Origin: Candidatus Latescibacterota bacterium
GTDB lineage: Bacteria; Latescibacterota; CBDEFO01
Assembly (NCBI GenBank): GCA_965248755.1
Contig: OZ252149.1
Coordinates: 32,001-96,000 of the forward strand
DNA: 64,000 nucleotides
Reading direction: 5' to 3'
In this document: positions 19,746 to 28,756 of the stretch, piece after piece
Position numbering within the stretch: the stretch's first letter is position 1
Layout: each line of letters starts with the position of its first letter
Notes under the pieces: generated by a model
What the model saw: the letters and a program-made list of their open reading frames with translations, nothing else
What the model was told of the DNA's origin: nothing
Database searches by the model: none
Program-made: the position numbers and the translations under genes

Positions 19746-20633
19746 TTATCCCTTTTCCCCCTTATAGTTGGGCAGCTCAGCAGAGGAACTTCCCGTATCC
19801 AGTAGGCGACCGACTGCACGAGTCAATTCTGCTTGGTCTTTGAGGGCTACGCCGATTCGCTCGGCAAGCTCTGTGAGTACTAATCGGATACTCATAGCCA
19901 CTTCCAGACATTCATCATCCGATTGGGAATGAAGACCTTTGCTGAGAGCCTTGTGCAATAAGGTCAACGGATTATGTCCATTTATCAGTAAGACTTCAGG
20001 TATAGCATCTTTCACTTCTCCTACGGCTTTGCTGAACTGAGTCTGATTTTTTGCAGCTTCAAGTTGATGAATTACATCGGGCGAAGCTTCGGATTTCTTA
20101 GCTACACGTATTATCTCGCTAATTAGACGATCCTTTTGGTTTTCTACTACCCGTCGGTAATAGGCAAAAGCTCCTATTCCAAGACCTTGGTTTTCAGAAC
20201 ACCGTCCTTTAATGAAGAAGTCACGGTCTGGTCCTATAAGTTTGATTACTCTCGGCGGTACTGGTGGGCCGAAAGGGGGAAACTCACCGATCTTGTATGT
20301 TACTCCAACTCCCTTTGCATCTGATCGTGTGGTGATGAGAGTAAAGATCTTCCTGCTTTGCTGGCAATTCTTACAAACATATTGGAGAAAGGTCATTTTC
20401 AAATTATGGCTAATTTCTGTTGATTCTGGTCCATCCCCACAGTCAAACAAACGTTCTCCGTTACACAATTCGGATGTACAGTGCAGTTGAAGTGGGGGGG
20501 CATTGACGTCCCTTGAAGATGCCGTGTAAAGATCCTGAATTTCCGCTTCCGCCCCTGGAGGTTCCTCTTCCAGAAACTCCGAGAATCTCATAGTTCTACG
20601 TTCAACTTTAGGATCATGACCTTGTTGGTTCAT
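19746..20633 (-). CDS. Hypothetical protein: Cys-rich N-terminus plus DUF4145/HEPN-like helical C-terminus
   Basis: LHCTSELC, YVCKNC; GIGAFAYYRRVVE...LSKGLH; lies in the low-GC insert. Confidence 0.55.
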   Translation of the reverse strand: MNQQGHDPKVERRTMRFSEFLEEEPPGAEAEIQDLYTASSRDVNAPPLQLHCTSELCNGERLFDCGDGPESTEISHNLKMTFLQYVCKNCQQSRKIFTLITTRSDAKGVGVTYKIGEFPPFGPPVPPRVIKLIGPDRDFFIKGRCSENQGLGIGAFAYYRRVVENQKDRLISEIIRVAKKSEASPDVIHQLEAAKNQTQFSKAVGEVKDAIPEVLLINGHNPLTLLHKALSKGLHSQSDDECLEVAMSIRLVLTELAERIGVALKDQAELTRAVGRLLDTGSSSAELPNYKGEKG

Positions 20634-20779
20634 TTCACATATTCACTTGAGGCGAATGAGTTCCTTGTAATCATAACCGTTTATGGATATCCTCTTGTAG
20701 CTTTTTGGTATCTTATTCCGTTTCTGTAGTAGAAACCTTTATAATTTCTGTCGACCTGCATCTCACTTCATTACTCTAT

Positions 20780-22216
20780 CTAAGACTTGCTTGATAGGTA
20801 CTGTAAAAATGAGGGATCTGGCGCACCATAAAGATCGTCCCACTCTAACATTCTCAAAATAAGTCTTTCTACCAATGAACGGACACGATATGTCTCGCGA
20901 AAGAGAGTATCAATATCTACTTGAGCTGCCCTGTGTATAAGTTTATTCCGTGTGTCGGTGAAGGTATAGTTTTTTTGGCTATGTGGGTATAGATCTTCCC
21001 AGGAAACAGAATAATCTTTGAATAGCCGATTAATCAAGTTTCTTAAAGGAGGCCTTTGCAGTTCTCGCACCTTCGCCATGATCTGATCCTTTACATGTGG
21101 GTCGTCTATAGTGTCGCGAATAGTAGCTCGAATTTGCGTAAGGAATTTATTTCCTTGACACTTACTTTTGAATATTTCATTCAAATTATGTTCGTCTGCG
21201 TACATATCTTTCAATTTTTCGAGGGCTATAAAATAGAGGATAAATTTCTGCTCGAGATACTTTGACTCGTGGCCAGTTAAAACATTTACTATGGGGAGAA
21301 ACAGGTCCATTCCATTATTACGTAGATAGTTAAGCCGATGAATAGTCGTACGGAGGAAATCTCTAGCTTGCGAACGCTGAACAAGCATGTCTTCTCGATA
21401 GACTGTATCTGCGTAATAGTCATCTGTCGATCTTGTGTACGAAATAATGCAATTAGTTCCACTAAACTTGTAATTGAACCACCTAATCCTTTTCCTAGAT
21501 ACAAATGAAGCTAAAAGTGTGAGATCATCTGCTAATTGCTGTACAATGTCAAATAGTTCGTCGTCTGACAATTCTTCTGTGGATTGTGTTGACTCTAAAA
21601 CTAAAGCATAAGCTAAATCTCTGGCCTGCACCTCTCTTCCTTCATTCGTTAGTGTAGAGTGGAAAAACCAAGGCCTAATCTCGACGCTACCCTCAAACAG
21701 GTTACCTACATCCAGACTTTTACCCCTCACGTCTATGTCAACCTCCCCCGTGAAAGAATAAGTAGTGGAGTAAAAACATGGCCAGAAAGTCGTTGCGCCT
21801 GCTAGAGCGAAAACTACTTGGCGTTTACTCATCTTTTCTTCGGAACGATTGTGTGTGACCGTGATTTCATCAAGTTCAAGCTCGCCCACTATATCGGCCA
21901 TTTGGCTGGCGTACTCTTGTGGCCAACTTTTACTTCGCACGTTTCTGATCAGCACTTTTGAGGACTTGATTTTCTCTTGGGAATCTTTATAAGGCGTTGA
22001 ATCAAGTGTACAATATGGACCCGGTTTATCCATCAATGTACATAGCTTATCGAATTCAGACTGGCTTCCAAGAACGCTACCTTTGATTTTGCTTGGTCTG
22101 TGTTCTGGATACTCTATAACCACCTGCAATCCAGGTACAGTTAGATCGTCTTTGGATAGAGAAGCCTGGAATTCATGTTGGACATAAAATGGCTTTTTCG
22201 GGAGGAGAGTACTCAT
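20780..22216 (-). CDS. ApeA-like protein with C-terminal HEPN domain (putative anti-phage RNase)
   Basis: LTLLASF segment, YLEQKFILYFIALE helix, RxxxxH motif TRNKLIH at 20933-20950; AT-rich. Confidence 0.72.
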   Translation of the reverse strand: MSTLLPKKPFYVQHEFQASLSKDDLTVPGLQVVIEYPEHRPSKIKGSVLGSQSEFDKLCTLMDKPGPYCTLDSTPYKDSQEKIKSSKVLIRNVRSKSWPQEYASQMADIVGELELDEITVTHNRSEEKMSKRQVVFALAGATTFWPCFYSTTYSFTGEVDIDVRGKSLDVGNLFEGSVEIRPWFFHSTLTNEGREVQARDLAYALVLESTQSTEELSDDELFDIVQQLADDLTLLASFVSRKRIRWFNYKFSGTNCIISYTRSTDDYYADTVYREDMLVQRSQARDFLRTTIHRLNYLRNNGMDLFLPIVNVLTGHESKYLEQKFILYFIALEKLKDMYADEHNLNEIFKSKCQGNKFLTQIRATIRDTIDDPHVKDQIMAKVRELQRPPLRNLINRLFKDYSVSWEDLYPHSQKNYTFTDTRNKLIHRAAQVDIDTLFRETYRVRSLVERLILRMLEWDDLYGAPDPSFLQYLSSKS

Positions 22217-22412
22217 TGCCCTTTTGTTTCATAATTACGCTGTAGCCTTTGCAGCATTACTGTTTCTTGCCTGCCTCTATGATCTGAGCCACCAGTCCGT
22301 CAGGAGCACAAAACGCCTTGAGATCCTGACCGTCAACAGCCGCTGGCATCGCCCAGAGCATCATTCCACGTGTGCTCTGTACGCCGATCCGGGTTTCAGG
22401 CTGCGCTAGCTG

Positions 22413-23636
22413 TTACGTGCCCCATCCTGAGATGAAGCTTTCGACACTGAAATCCGCCGGCACCTGGTTGAAGTAGTAACGCGTCGAATCGCCCTGGAAG
22501 CCGGGCGCCCACTGATCTTCTTCCGCCTGGAGGCTGTCGTCCACCGATTTGAACCGCTCCCATAGAATTTTGGCCTCCTCCGGCGAGAAGCGATCCGCAA
22601 GCAGCACGCCCCACTGGAGGGTCATCGGATGCATGCTAGTAGCCCAGGTGCGCTCTTGCTCAGGCAGGATGTCGAAGTCAGGGCGCTTGAGGTTGTTTAT
22701 GCGCTTGGCGGCCTTGCTCAGGAATATGGTCGACTGGAGCTTGCCCTTTTCACCCCTGCCCGGGTGCAGTTTTTTGAGCCTGGCATGGTACACGGTGCCG
22801 TCTTTTTCAATGGCAGCGCGAAGCACCGACTCGGTGTGGCCCAGCATCTGCTCGCTGCGCTGGGCCCAGCGTTCAAAGGTCACCTGGGCTGAGGCAGACA
22901 GGTGTTCGAGATAGTTCAGATTCGGGTAGTAGGTAAAGGTGGAAAAGCCGCCGTGGATGGTGCGCCGCATCTTGGTGCTGTAGTTGCTGCCCCAGTGCAG
23001 GATGGGCAGGATGTAGACCACGCCGTCGCCGGCCTTGAGATGCGTCTGGACACCGCCGGGCAAGGGTACGCGGGGGTCCTTGCGCAACAGCTGGTTTTCC
23101 TGCTCGGTGTTGAAACGCTTGTGACTGCCGGGCACCACCCACAGCACATCGTCGTCGTAGAGGGGGATGTTCCACTGTACGTACCGAGGGCCATTCTCGA
23201 TGATGTCCTCTGCGTAGGCCTGCAGCGGGGCGCAGTAGGGCGGATAAAAATCGCGGTGCCACCCCCGGTGGTTCGTCGTCCCATAGTCACGCGCCGGATT
23301 GCACATCAGCGTCATTTCCGTCACCGCCGCATCCTCTGCCTCCAGCAAGTGGCTGCTGACACCTTGCGTGTTTTCGTGAAGCCAGATCTCCACAGTCTTG
23401 GCGGTCTGTCCATCTATCTGATCAGCCAGAGTATACAGGTTCAACCACGGTTGGGCCGAGGTATCCCACGCACCTCCGGGCGGATCGTCCGCGTTGCGTT
23501 CGCGCGCCCAGATTGCCCTCTGTCTTTCGACCATGATTTCGTAACTGGCGCGCAACTCATCCAGCTTACCCGGCGGGATGACGTTGCTCAGGATGAGATA
23601 CCCTTCTTCCAGGAATTGGTCTCGATCTACGTGCAC
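22413..23636 (-). CDS. Phytanoyl-CoA dioxygenase (PhyH) family protein with C-terminal extension
   Basis: FLEEGYLIL, WHRD (HxD), VVPGSH, LKAGD, ILHWG; GC-rich; AAGGAGG RBS. Confidence 0.85.
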   Translation of the reverse strand: MHVDRDQFLEEGYLILSNVIPPGKLDELRASYEIMVERQRAIWARERNADDPPGGAWDTSAQPWLNLYTLADQIDGQTAKTVEIWLHENTQGVSSHLLEAEDAAVTEMTLMCNPARDYGTTNHRGWHRDFYPPYCAPLQAYAEDIIENGPRYVQWNIPLYDDDVLWVVPGSHKRFNTEQENQLLRKDPRVPLPGGVQTHLKAGDGVVYILPILHWGSNYSTKMRRTIHGGFSTFTYYPNLNYLEHLSASAQVTFERWAQRSEQMLGHTESVLRAAIEKDGTVYHARLKKLHPGRGEKGKLQSTIFLSKAAKRINNLKRPDFDILPEQERTWATSMHPMTLQWGVLLADRFSPEEAKILWERFKSVDDSLQAEEDQWAPGFQGDSTRYYFNQVPADFSVESFISGWGT

Positions 23637-23657
23637 TCTACTGCCTCCTTAGCTAAT

Positions 23658-24044
23658 CCGACATCCCCCATATCACATTCATGAGGGATTATGATTCGAT
23701 ACAATCTTGTTTGTGAATGAATACTACCACTTTTACATTTTCCAACAAGTACTTTTTTCAATCAAAATAGCATTTTCCTCTGAATTATCACTTTCTTTGT
23801 GTTAAAATCCTCCAATCGGAGACACCTTTCCATCGACTCACAAAACAATGTGGCAGTTTAAACAAAGTAACATCGCAATCGTTCAATCCGGGATAATATT
23901 TTCGGCAAATAACCTCTTGTCTAGCCCAACCTCAGCCATCTGAAACGTGATATATCTGCTGTGCCTGACAATCTTCGCGCCAATCTTGATCAATTTCACG
24001 AGGAGGCTGCCAACATTCTTCGGCTCTAATATGGGGAATGGGGG
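23658..24044 (-). mobile_element. Internally deleted IS1380-family remnant
   Basis: 23858-24010 (minus) translates to SLLVKLIKIGAKIVRHSRYITFQMAEVGLDKRLFAE(fs)ILSRIERLR, the IS1380 transposase C-terminus; imperfect inverted ends CCGACATCCCCCATAT / ATATGGGGAATGGGGG. Confidence 0.75.
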
Positions 24045-24231
24045 TATAAACAACAAGAACTCTATATTCTTGATCTTTTGGACATTAGGGCACGCCGCTT
24101 TACACTACCTTTTTCACTCTGAATCAACCCGCCGCTTCGTTTAAATCTGCCTATATCCCCGTAACATTGTAGAGGATATGCATTAGATTGATGAATTTCA
24201 ATATGTGTCCTCGGATGTCGCCAATTTCAAA

Positions 24232-24313
24232 AGGACATAGACATGATCTACAGGACATAGACAAAATCTGCAGGACTATAGACATAATCTGCAGGACTAT
24301 AGACATAATCTAC
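24232..24313. repeat. Four tandem 20-21-bp direct repeats
   Basis: AGGACATAGACATGATCTAC, AGGACATAGACAAAATCTGC, AGGACTATAGACATAATCTGC, AGGACTATAGACATAATCTAC; no spacers. Confidence 0.85.
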
Positions 24314-24383
24314 ATTCACAGCGCATCAAAATAATAGACAGTAGTCAGGGCATCTCCTCCGTTTCCTGTCTGTCTATCTCTCC

Positions 24384-24821
24384 CTATTTGCAGTCTGCTG
24401 CATGTGAGGCTATTCCTTCTATCAATCCAGAGACCTTCTCCTGAATTTGATCTCTGATCTCTCTGAAGGCGAAAAGTTTATCTTCATAAGTTCCCTCGAT
24501 CTTGGCTGGATCGCTGATGGGCCAATGGTCCGTTTTGACCTTCGGGGGAAGGATCGTGCACTTATCCCTGGCATCTCCGCAGAGCGTAATAACGTAGTCC
24601 ATCCTCCTGGCAAACTCAAAGTCCAGAAGATCGGACGTCTGATCTGATATGTCAATCCCTTCTTCGCCCATGACTTCTACGGCTAAAGGGTGTATCCCAC
24701 GGGGATCGGTCCCAGCGCTGTAGACATCTATATCTCTACCTGCAAAGTGCCTTGCGAATCCCTCGGCCATCTGACTGCGGGCGGAATTTCCCGTGCAGAC
24801 GAACATTACGCTCTTCTTCAT
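24384..24821 (-). CDS. arsC: Arsenate reductase, thioredoxin-coupled (LMW-PTP fold)
   Basis: FVCTGNSARSQMAEG, SAGT, ITLCGDARDKC, HWPISDP. Confidence 0.88.
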   Translation of the reverse strand: MKKSVMFVCTGNSARSQMAEGFARHFAGRDIDVYSAGTDPRGIHPLAVEVMGEEGIDISDQTSDLLDFEFARRMDYVITLCGDARDKCTILPPKVKTDHWPISDPAKIEGTYEDKLFAFREIRDQIQEKVSGLIEGIASHAADCK

Positions 24822-24868
24822 GTCTCAAGCCCCGCCTGATGATATGGAAAACGCACAACATGGATCCC

Positions 24869-25180
24869 TCATTCAGAGGGATTTGAAAGATCGTCCGTCC
24901 GGGGATAGATCTTATGTCGAGGCTTGCCCTTAAGCACCTCGTCCATCCCCCAGCGGGTTACCTGTCGAAAGAGGTCGCTCTTTATAAACACCATGAAATC
25001 CTCCCTGGTCTCCCATTCGCCGATGACCGCATACGAATCAGGATCGTCCACCCGGCGATAAAGGTAGCTCGACTTGTGACCCTTCATACCGTCCGTCACC
25101 TTCTGAACCTCCCGGAACTTCTGTTCAAAGATCTCTTGCTTTTCCGGCTTCACCTCGTAATAGAGTCCAATTGTAACCAC
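24869..25180 (-). CDS. Antibiotic biosynthesis monooxygenase (ABM/IsdG-like) family protein
   Basis: YEVKPEKQEIFEQKF, GHKSSYLYR, YAVIGEWETREDF; GTG start at 25180 likely. Confidence 0.8.
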   Translation of the reverse strand: MVTIGLYYEVKPEKQEIFEQKFREVQKVTDGMKGHKSSYLYRRVDDPDSYAVIGEWETREDFMVFIKSDLFRQVTRWGMDEVLKGKPRHKIYPRTDDLSNPSE

Positions 25181-25285
25181 AATGTTTCCCTCATTAGTTA
25201 TTGTATTTCGGCTGTCTGCCCCCGTTTGAATCCTAAATAGCATCAATTAGAGATCGGAGATCGGGGCCGAGTATCGTTTCAGGCT

Positions 25286-25345
25286 CTACAACTGTGTTGT
25301 GACCTGGCCCATGGCAACCGATCCACCGTCTACAGCTAGATACTG
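25286..25345 (-). pseudogene. Possible C-terminal scrap of an SDR oxidoreductase
   Basis: QYLAVDGGSVAMGQVTTQL* resembles the SDR terminal GQxLxVDGG motif; only 19 residues. Confidence 0.3.
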
Positions 25346-25426
25346 TGCATGTTTTCGGCATGAGCTTGCAATCCTTATTATGTTAGTTGACAGTGGAGAA
25401 TTCCGGTTAGCACATACAGTACCACA

Positions 25427-25903
25427 TCAGATGTTCCTAACATACCACTCTGAAGCAATAGTAAATCCTCCTGCAACCAGCATCGAGCACTTGTGTTGAT
25501 CTAGGTGACCACAGACTACGACAACCTGGACTGCGCCCTGTTCCTTAGCTCTTTGGGATGCTTCGCGCATAAGCACAGTACCGAGTGTTTGCCATTGATC
25601 TTCCTCCGCTACACAGAAATCGTCAATTACACAGGTAAGTCCTCCCGGGTCGTACACGGGTGGTGCAGGAACTACGGCTGCAATGACAAAACCATCTATT
25701 TCACGATTGTTCTCGTGTACCAATGTAATGACACCTTGCTTGGCTATCAGTTCCTCGAAGTAAGGAGGCTGTATCTTGTGTGAATCTTTCGCTTTACGCC
25801 AGAAGATAGGCTGGTACTTCTCGTACGCGGACCGCTTCTTCTCCGATAACTCAACCAGCTGTGGGACATCAGCTAACTGGGCCTTTCGGATTCTGTTTTT
25901 CAT
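25427..25903 (-). CDS. GNAT family N-acetyltransferase
   Basis: IRKAQLAD, IDGFVIA, IDDFCV..QWQTLGTVLM, AKEQGAVQV. Confidence 0.85.
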   Translation of the reverse strand: MKNRIRKAQLADVPQLVELSEKKRSAYEKYQPIFWRKAKDSHKIQPPYFEELIAKQGVITLVHENNREIDGFVIAAVVPAPPVYDPGGLTCVIDDFCVAEEDQWQTLGTVLMREASQRAKEQGAVQVVVVCGHLDQHKCSMLVAGGFTIASEWYVRNI

Positions 25904-26039
25904 TACCCAGTCCTCGGCAAGCTAAGGTTCAATGCCTCTATTGACTATAACAATGTAAGAAATAATTCTGTCTGAGTCAAACAAAAAACCCCACTGTATA
26001 AGTCCGCGCTATGTCGACTCAATCTATGGCTGCGCGTAC

Positions 26040-26301
26040 GCGCAGAACGCGACAGAATTTTGTAGAAAAGATGAGGATGTTATACAACAGTCTTTTGAGG
26101 ATTGGTTTGTCATTGACCCTGCGGCAGGAGTGAAAGAAGGATCGGCGCACAGAAAACACATGGAATGGTGCGATCAAAATCGTCTCAGGGCAAAGAACAA
26201 AAACCGTCTTTGGAGAGTGGATGGGCGAGAGGTTCGTGAAAGTACAAAAAAATGACGGTGTTTACTACCTGGGAGTTAGTTTAAGGGAAGAAACAGTGTA
26301 G
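26040..26301 (+). pseudogene. C-terminal remnant of a P4/D5-type phage-plasmid primase-helicase
   Basis: AQNATEFCRKDEDVIQQSFEDWFVIDP...HMEWCDQNRLRAKNK(fs)TVFGEWMGERFVKVQKNDGVYYLGVSL*. Confidence 0.65.
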
Positions 26302-26400
26302 GGTGTGTAGGGTCGTACTATATGTTTGCTGTACAAAAAATTTGTTTTTTTGTACAAACATAGTACACCTCCCTACACACCCTACACCGCCTACACCCTA
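26296..26400. repeat. Large imperfect palindrome with CCTACAC repeats (origin-like)
   Basis: GTGTAGGGTGTGTAGGG...CCCTACACACCCTACAC perfect 17-bp outer arms; AT-rich inner arms TGTACAAAAAA/TTTTTTGTACA. Confidence 0.8.
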
Positions 26401-26445
26401 TATCAAAAAACAGCAGGCATGTGACAGTCAGAAAAGGAGAAAAAG

Positions 26446-26628
26446 ATGGATCTTGAAGATCTGCTTACAGTCAAAGAGGCACCCAGGCTCTCAAGGCGTT
26501 CGGAAAGGCACGTCCGTCAGCTAATAGAGTCTGGATCGGTTACAGCTTGCAGGCCGAGGAAACAACACCTCTTGCCCAGAAGAAATCTCTTAAACTATTT
26601 CAAAAGATCCAAAATATGCCCCTTTTGA
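26446..26628 (+). CDS. Excisionase-like helix-turn-helix protein (possibly decaying)
   Basis: LLTVKEA..LSRRSERHVRQLIESG; AAGGAG RBS. Confidence 0.65.
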   Translation: MDLEDLLTVKEAPRLSRRSERHVRQLIESGSVTACRPRKQHLLPRRNLLNYFKRSKICPF

Positions 26629-26657
26629 ATAGTGGCTCTCCCTGTCCGCACACTACT

Positions 26658-26683
26658 GGGCGAACACGTGGGTTCGCCCCTAC
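26658..26683 (-). repeat. GTAG-type REP element
   Basis: Reverse complement GTAGGGGCGAACCCACGTGTTCGCCC is identical to 49375-49400. Confidence 0.85.
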
Positions 26684-26710
26684 ATTTCTGTCTGCCGACA
26701 CCGAGATTGC

Positions 26711-26925
26711 TCCCCCCGACCCCCGATTTAATCGGGGGCTCAATCGGGGATGAAAAATCCATCACCCTTGGTGCTCTCGCTGTCCTCATGGTACAATCTG
26801 AGGCAATTTCATACACTCCAATATAAAATATTTGTATGACGACTTCTGTCATCTAATCTGGGAGTTTAAAAAAATATCTATGCCCGATCGCATCCCCAAT
26901 CGCATCAATTGGGGACCGGGGATCA
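26711..26925. repeat. Cluster of CCCC(G/A)AT...AT(C/T)GGGG mini-palindromes
   Basis: CCCCGATTTAATCGGGG and CCCCAATCGCATCAATTGGGG; relatives at 14276-14295 and 35633-35672. Confidence 0.6.
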
Positions 26926-27081
26926 ATTTTGATCTCACCTCCTCAAGAAGATGTCTAATCCGGCTCCTCCTGAATAAAATTTATTTACTTACCTGAACGC
27001 TTGTCGCATATTACATATATGAAAATAGCCAGAACGTTTAAGGCGTTGGCAGGAACCTGACCAATAGGGAGGATCAACAAG

Positions 27082-28557
27082 ATGAGAGTTGTGACTGGTG
27101 GGATTATCCACGAGACAAGCACCTTTACGCCGGTAGTTACCACCTGGAAAAGCTACGAAGAAAGATTCGGCTACCTGTGCAAAGAAGAGATATTAAGCAC
27201 ATTTCGCGGCACCAATACGCCCATTGGAGGATTTATCGAGGGTGCAGAAGTTCATGGGTACCAACTCATCCCCACAGTCTTTGCCGAACCTTATCCCAGT
27301 GGTCCGACGCCTCGCGCAATCTTTGATTCAATCTTAGGTGAGATGCTGGACGGAATTGCTGATGCAGGTTCGATTGACGGTGTCTTGCTTGAGTTACACG
27401 GAGCTATGGTGGCAGAGGGGATAGATGATGGAGAAGGTCATATCCTGGAGGCAGTACGAGAGTCAGTCGGGCCCGATGTGCCCATCATAATACAACTAGA
27501 TATTCACTCGAACGTCTCCCATAGGATGGTCGAGATGGCCGATGTGCTGATTGGCCGGGAGACATATCCTGAGGTGGATCAGTTAGAAAGGGGGCGCGAG
27601 TGTGCCGATGTCCTGGTTCGTATAGTCAAAGAAGGCCTGCGCCCTACTATGGGATTGCACCAGATTCCGATGATCTGGGGTATGAACCAGGTCACCGCTC
27701 ATCCACCGATGAGCGAGGCTATCGCCGAACTCCATAGAGTTGAGGCCGAGCCTGGTGTGATCTGCGGTTCGATTGCCACCTGCTATCCATTAGCCGATGT
27801 CCCCGACATGGGCGCCTCGGTCTATATCGTCACAGACAACGATCAAGCTTCGGCTCAAGCTTATGCTGACCAATTAGGTGAATGGATCTTTGAAAGACGT
27901 GCGGACTGGCATTACCTGATTCCAACGACACTTGAGGCCTTACAAGAAGCCAGAAGAAAAGGACTCTTTCCTGTCATTTTCGCAGATAGAAACGATAACA
28001 CCGGCGGCGGGCCCCCCGGCGATAGTACCGGTATGCTGAAAACCTTTATAGATGAAGAGCTTGAGGATGCTTGTGTGCTTTATATAGTAGATCCAGAGGC
28101 AATTGAAGAATGCATGCAGGCTGGTGTAGGAGCTGAGTTGACATTAGATGTGGGTGGGAAATCCTCTCCCCTTCAGGGCGGACCCTTAAGAATGACTGTC
28201 GAAGTCGTTGCACTTTCGAACGGCCGCTTCCGTTACGATGGGCCGATGTACTCAGGGCTGGAAGCCAGCATGGGACCCTCAGTCCATATCAAACAGGTGG
28301 TGCGAGCACTCCGTGGAGAAATTCATGTACTGTTGGTGACCGAACGTGAGCAGCCCTTAGATACAGCCTTTGCACGGACCCTCGGCTTGGATCCCCAGAA
28401 GATGCGCTACATCGGAGTCAAATCCTCAGCTCACTTTCGAGCGGGCTTCGAATCGTGGGCGGGGGCGATCTACTCGGTATCCGAATCCAGCGTTCATTCG
28501 GGAGATCTCCCGTTCCACCGTCTGGGTCGCAAGCTCTATCCGTTCGATGATTTTTAA
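27082..28557 (+). CDS. M81 family metallopeptidase (MlrC-like)
   Basis: HETSTF, LLELHGAMV, LDIHSN, TYPEVD, DNTGGG, VKSSAHFRA. Confidence 0.92.
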   Translation: MRVVTGGIIHETSTFTPVVTTWKSYEERFGYLCKEEILSTFRGTNTPIGGFIEGAEVHGYQLIPTVFAEPYPSGPTPRAIFDSILGEMLDGIADAGSIDGVLLELHGAMVAEGIDDGEGHILEAVRESVGPDVPIIIQLDIHSNVSHRMVEMADVLIGRETYPEVDQLERGRECADVLVRIVKEGLRPTMGLHQIPMIWGMNQVTAHPPMSEAIAELHRVEAEPGVICGSIATCYPLADVPDMGASVYIVTDNDQASAQAYADQLGEWIFERRADWHYLIPTTLEALQEARRKGLFPVIFADRNDNTGGGPPGDSTGMLKTFIDEELEDACVLYIVDPEAIEECMQAGVGAELTLDVGGKSSPLQGGPLRMTVEVVALSNGRFRYDGPMYSGLEASMGPSVHIKQVVRALRGEIHVLLVTEREQPLDTAFARTLGLDPQKMRYIGVKSSAHFRAGFESWAGAIYSVSESSVHSGDLPFHRLGRKLYPFDDF

Positions 28558-28615
28558 TGTCTGCATAGGATAGAACAAGGAAAATATGTACGTTTGGCGA
28601 CAGATTCCAAAGGTG

Positions 28616-28644
28616 TTGACAAGCATAGGTGATATATGTAAATT
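28616..28644 (+). promoter_or_regulatory. Putative sigma70 promoter
   Basis: TTGACA-N17-TAAATT upstream of the secreted-protein pair. Confidence 0.55.
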
Positions 28645-28756
28645 GGGTACGTTCGCTGTTGAATGCAGAGGGGCTGATTAGCGGGAATGCTCACTGCAAC
28701 ACTACAACTGTGATCATAGAGATCGCGGCAAACCAAAATGAAAAGGGATTTGAACC

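Noticed and set aside
22257..22400. Minus-strand open stretch (PETRIGVQSTRGMMLWAMP...), possible gene remnant
   Set aside because: No recognisable family and no start signal.
22902..23684. 260-aa plus-strand ORF and other long antisense ORFs (e.g. 1715-2422, 41125-41769, 61517-62209)
   Set aside because: They are shadows of well-supported genes on the opposite strand and carry no motifs.
24232..24313. Possible CRISPR array
   Set aside because: Repeats are contiguous with no unique spacers, and there are no cas genes in the window.
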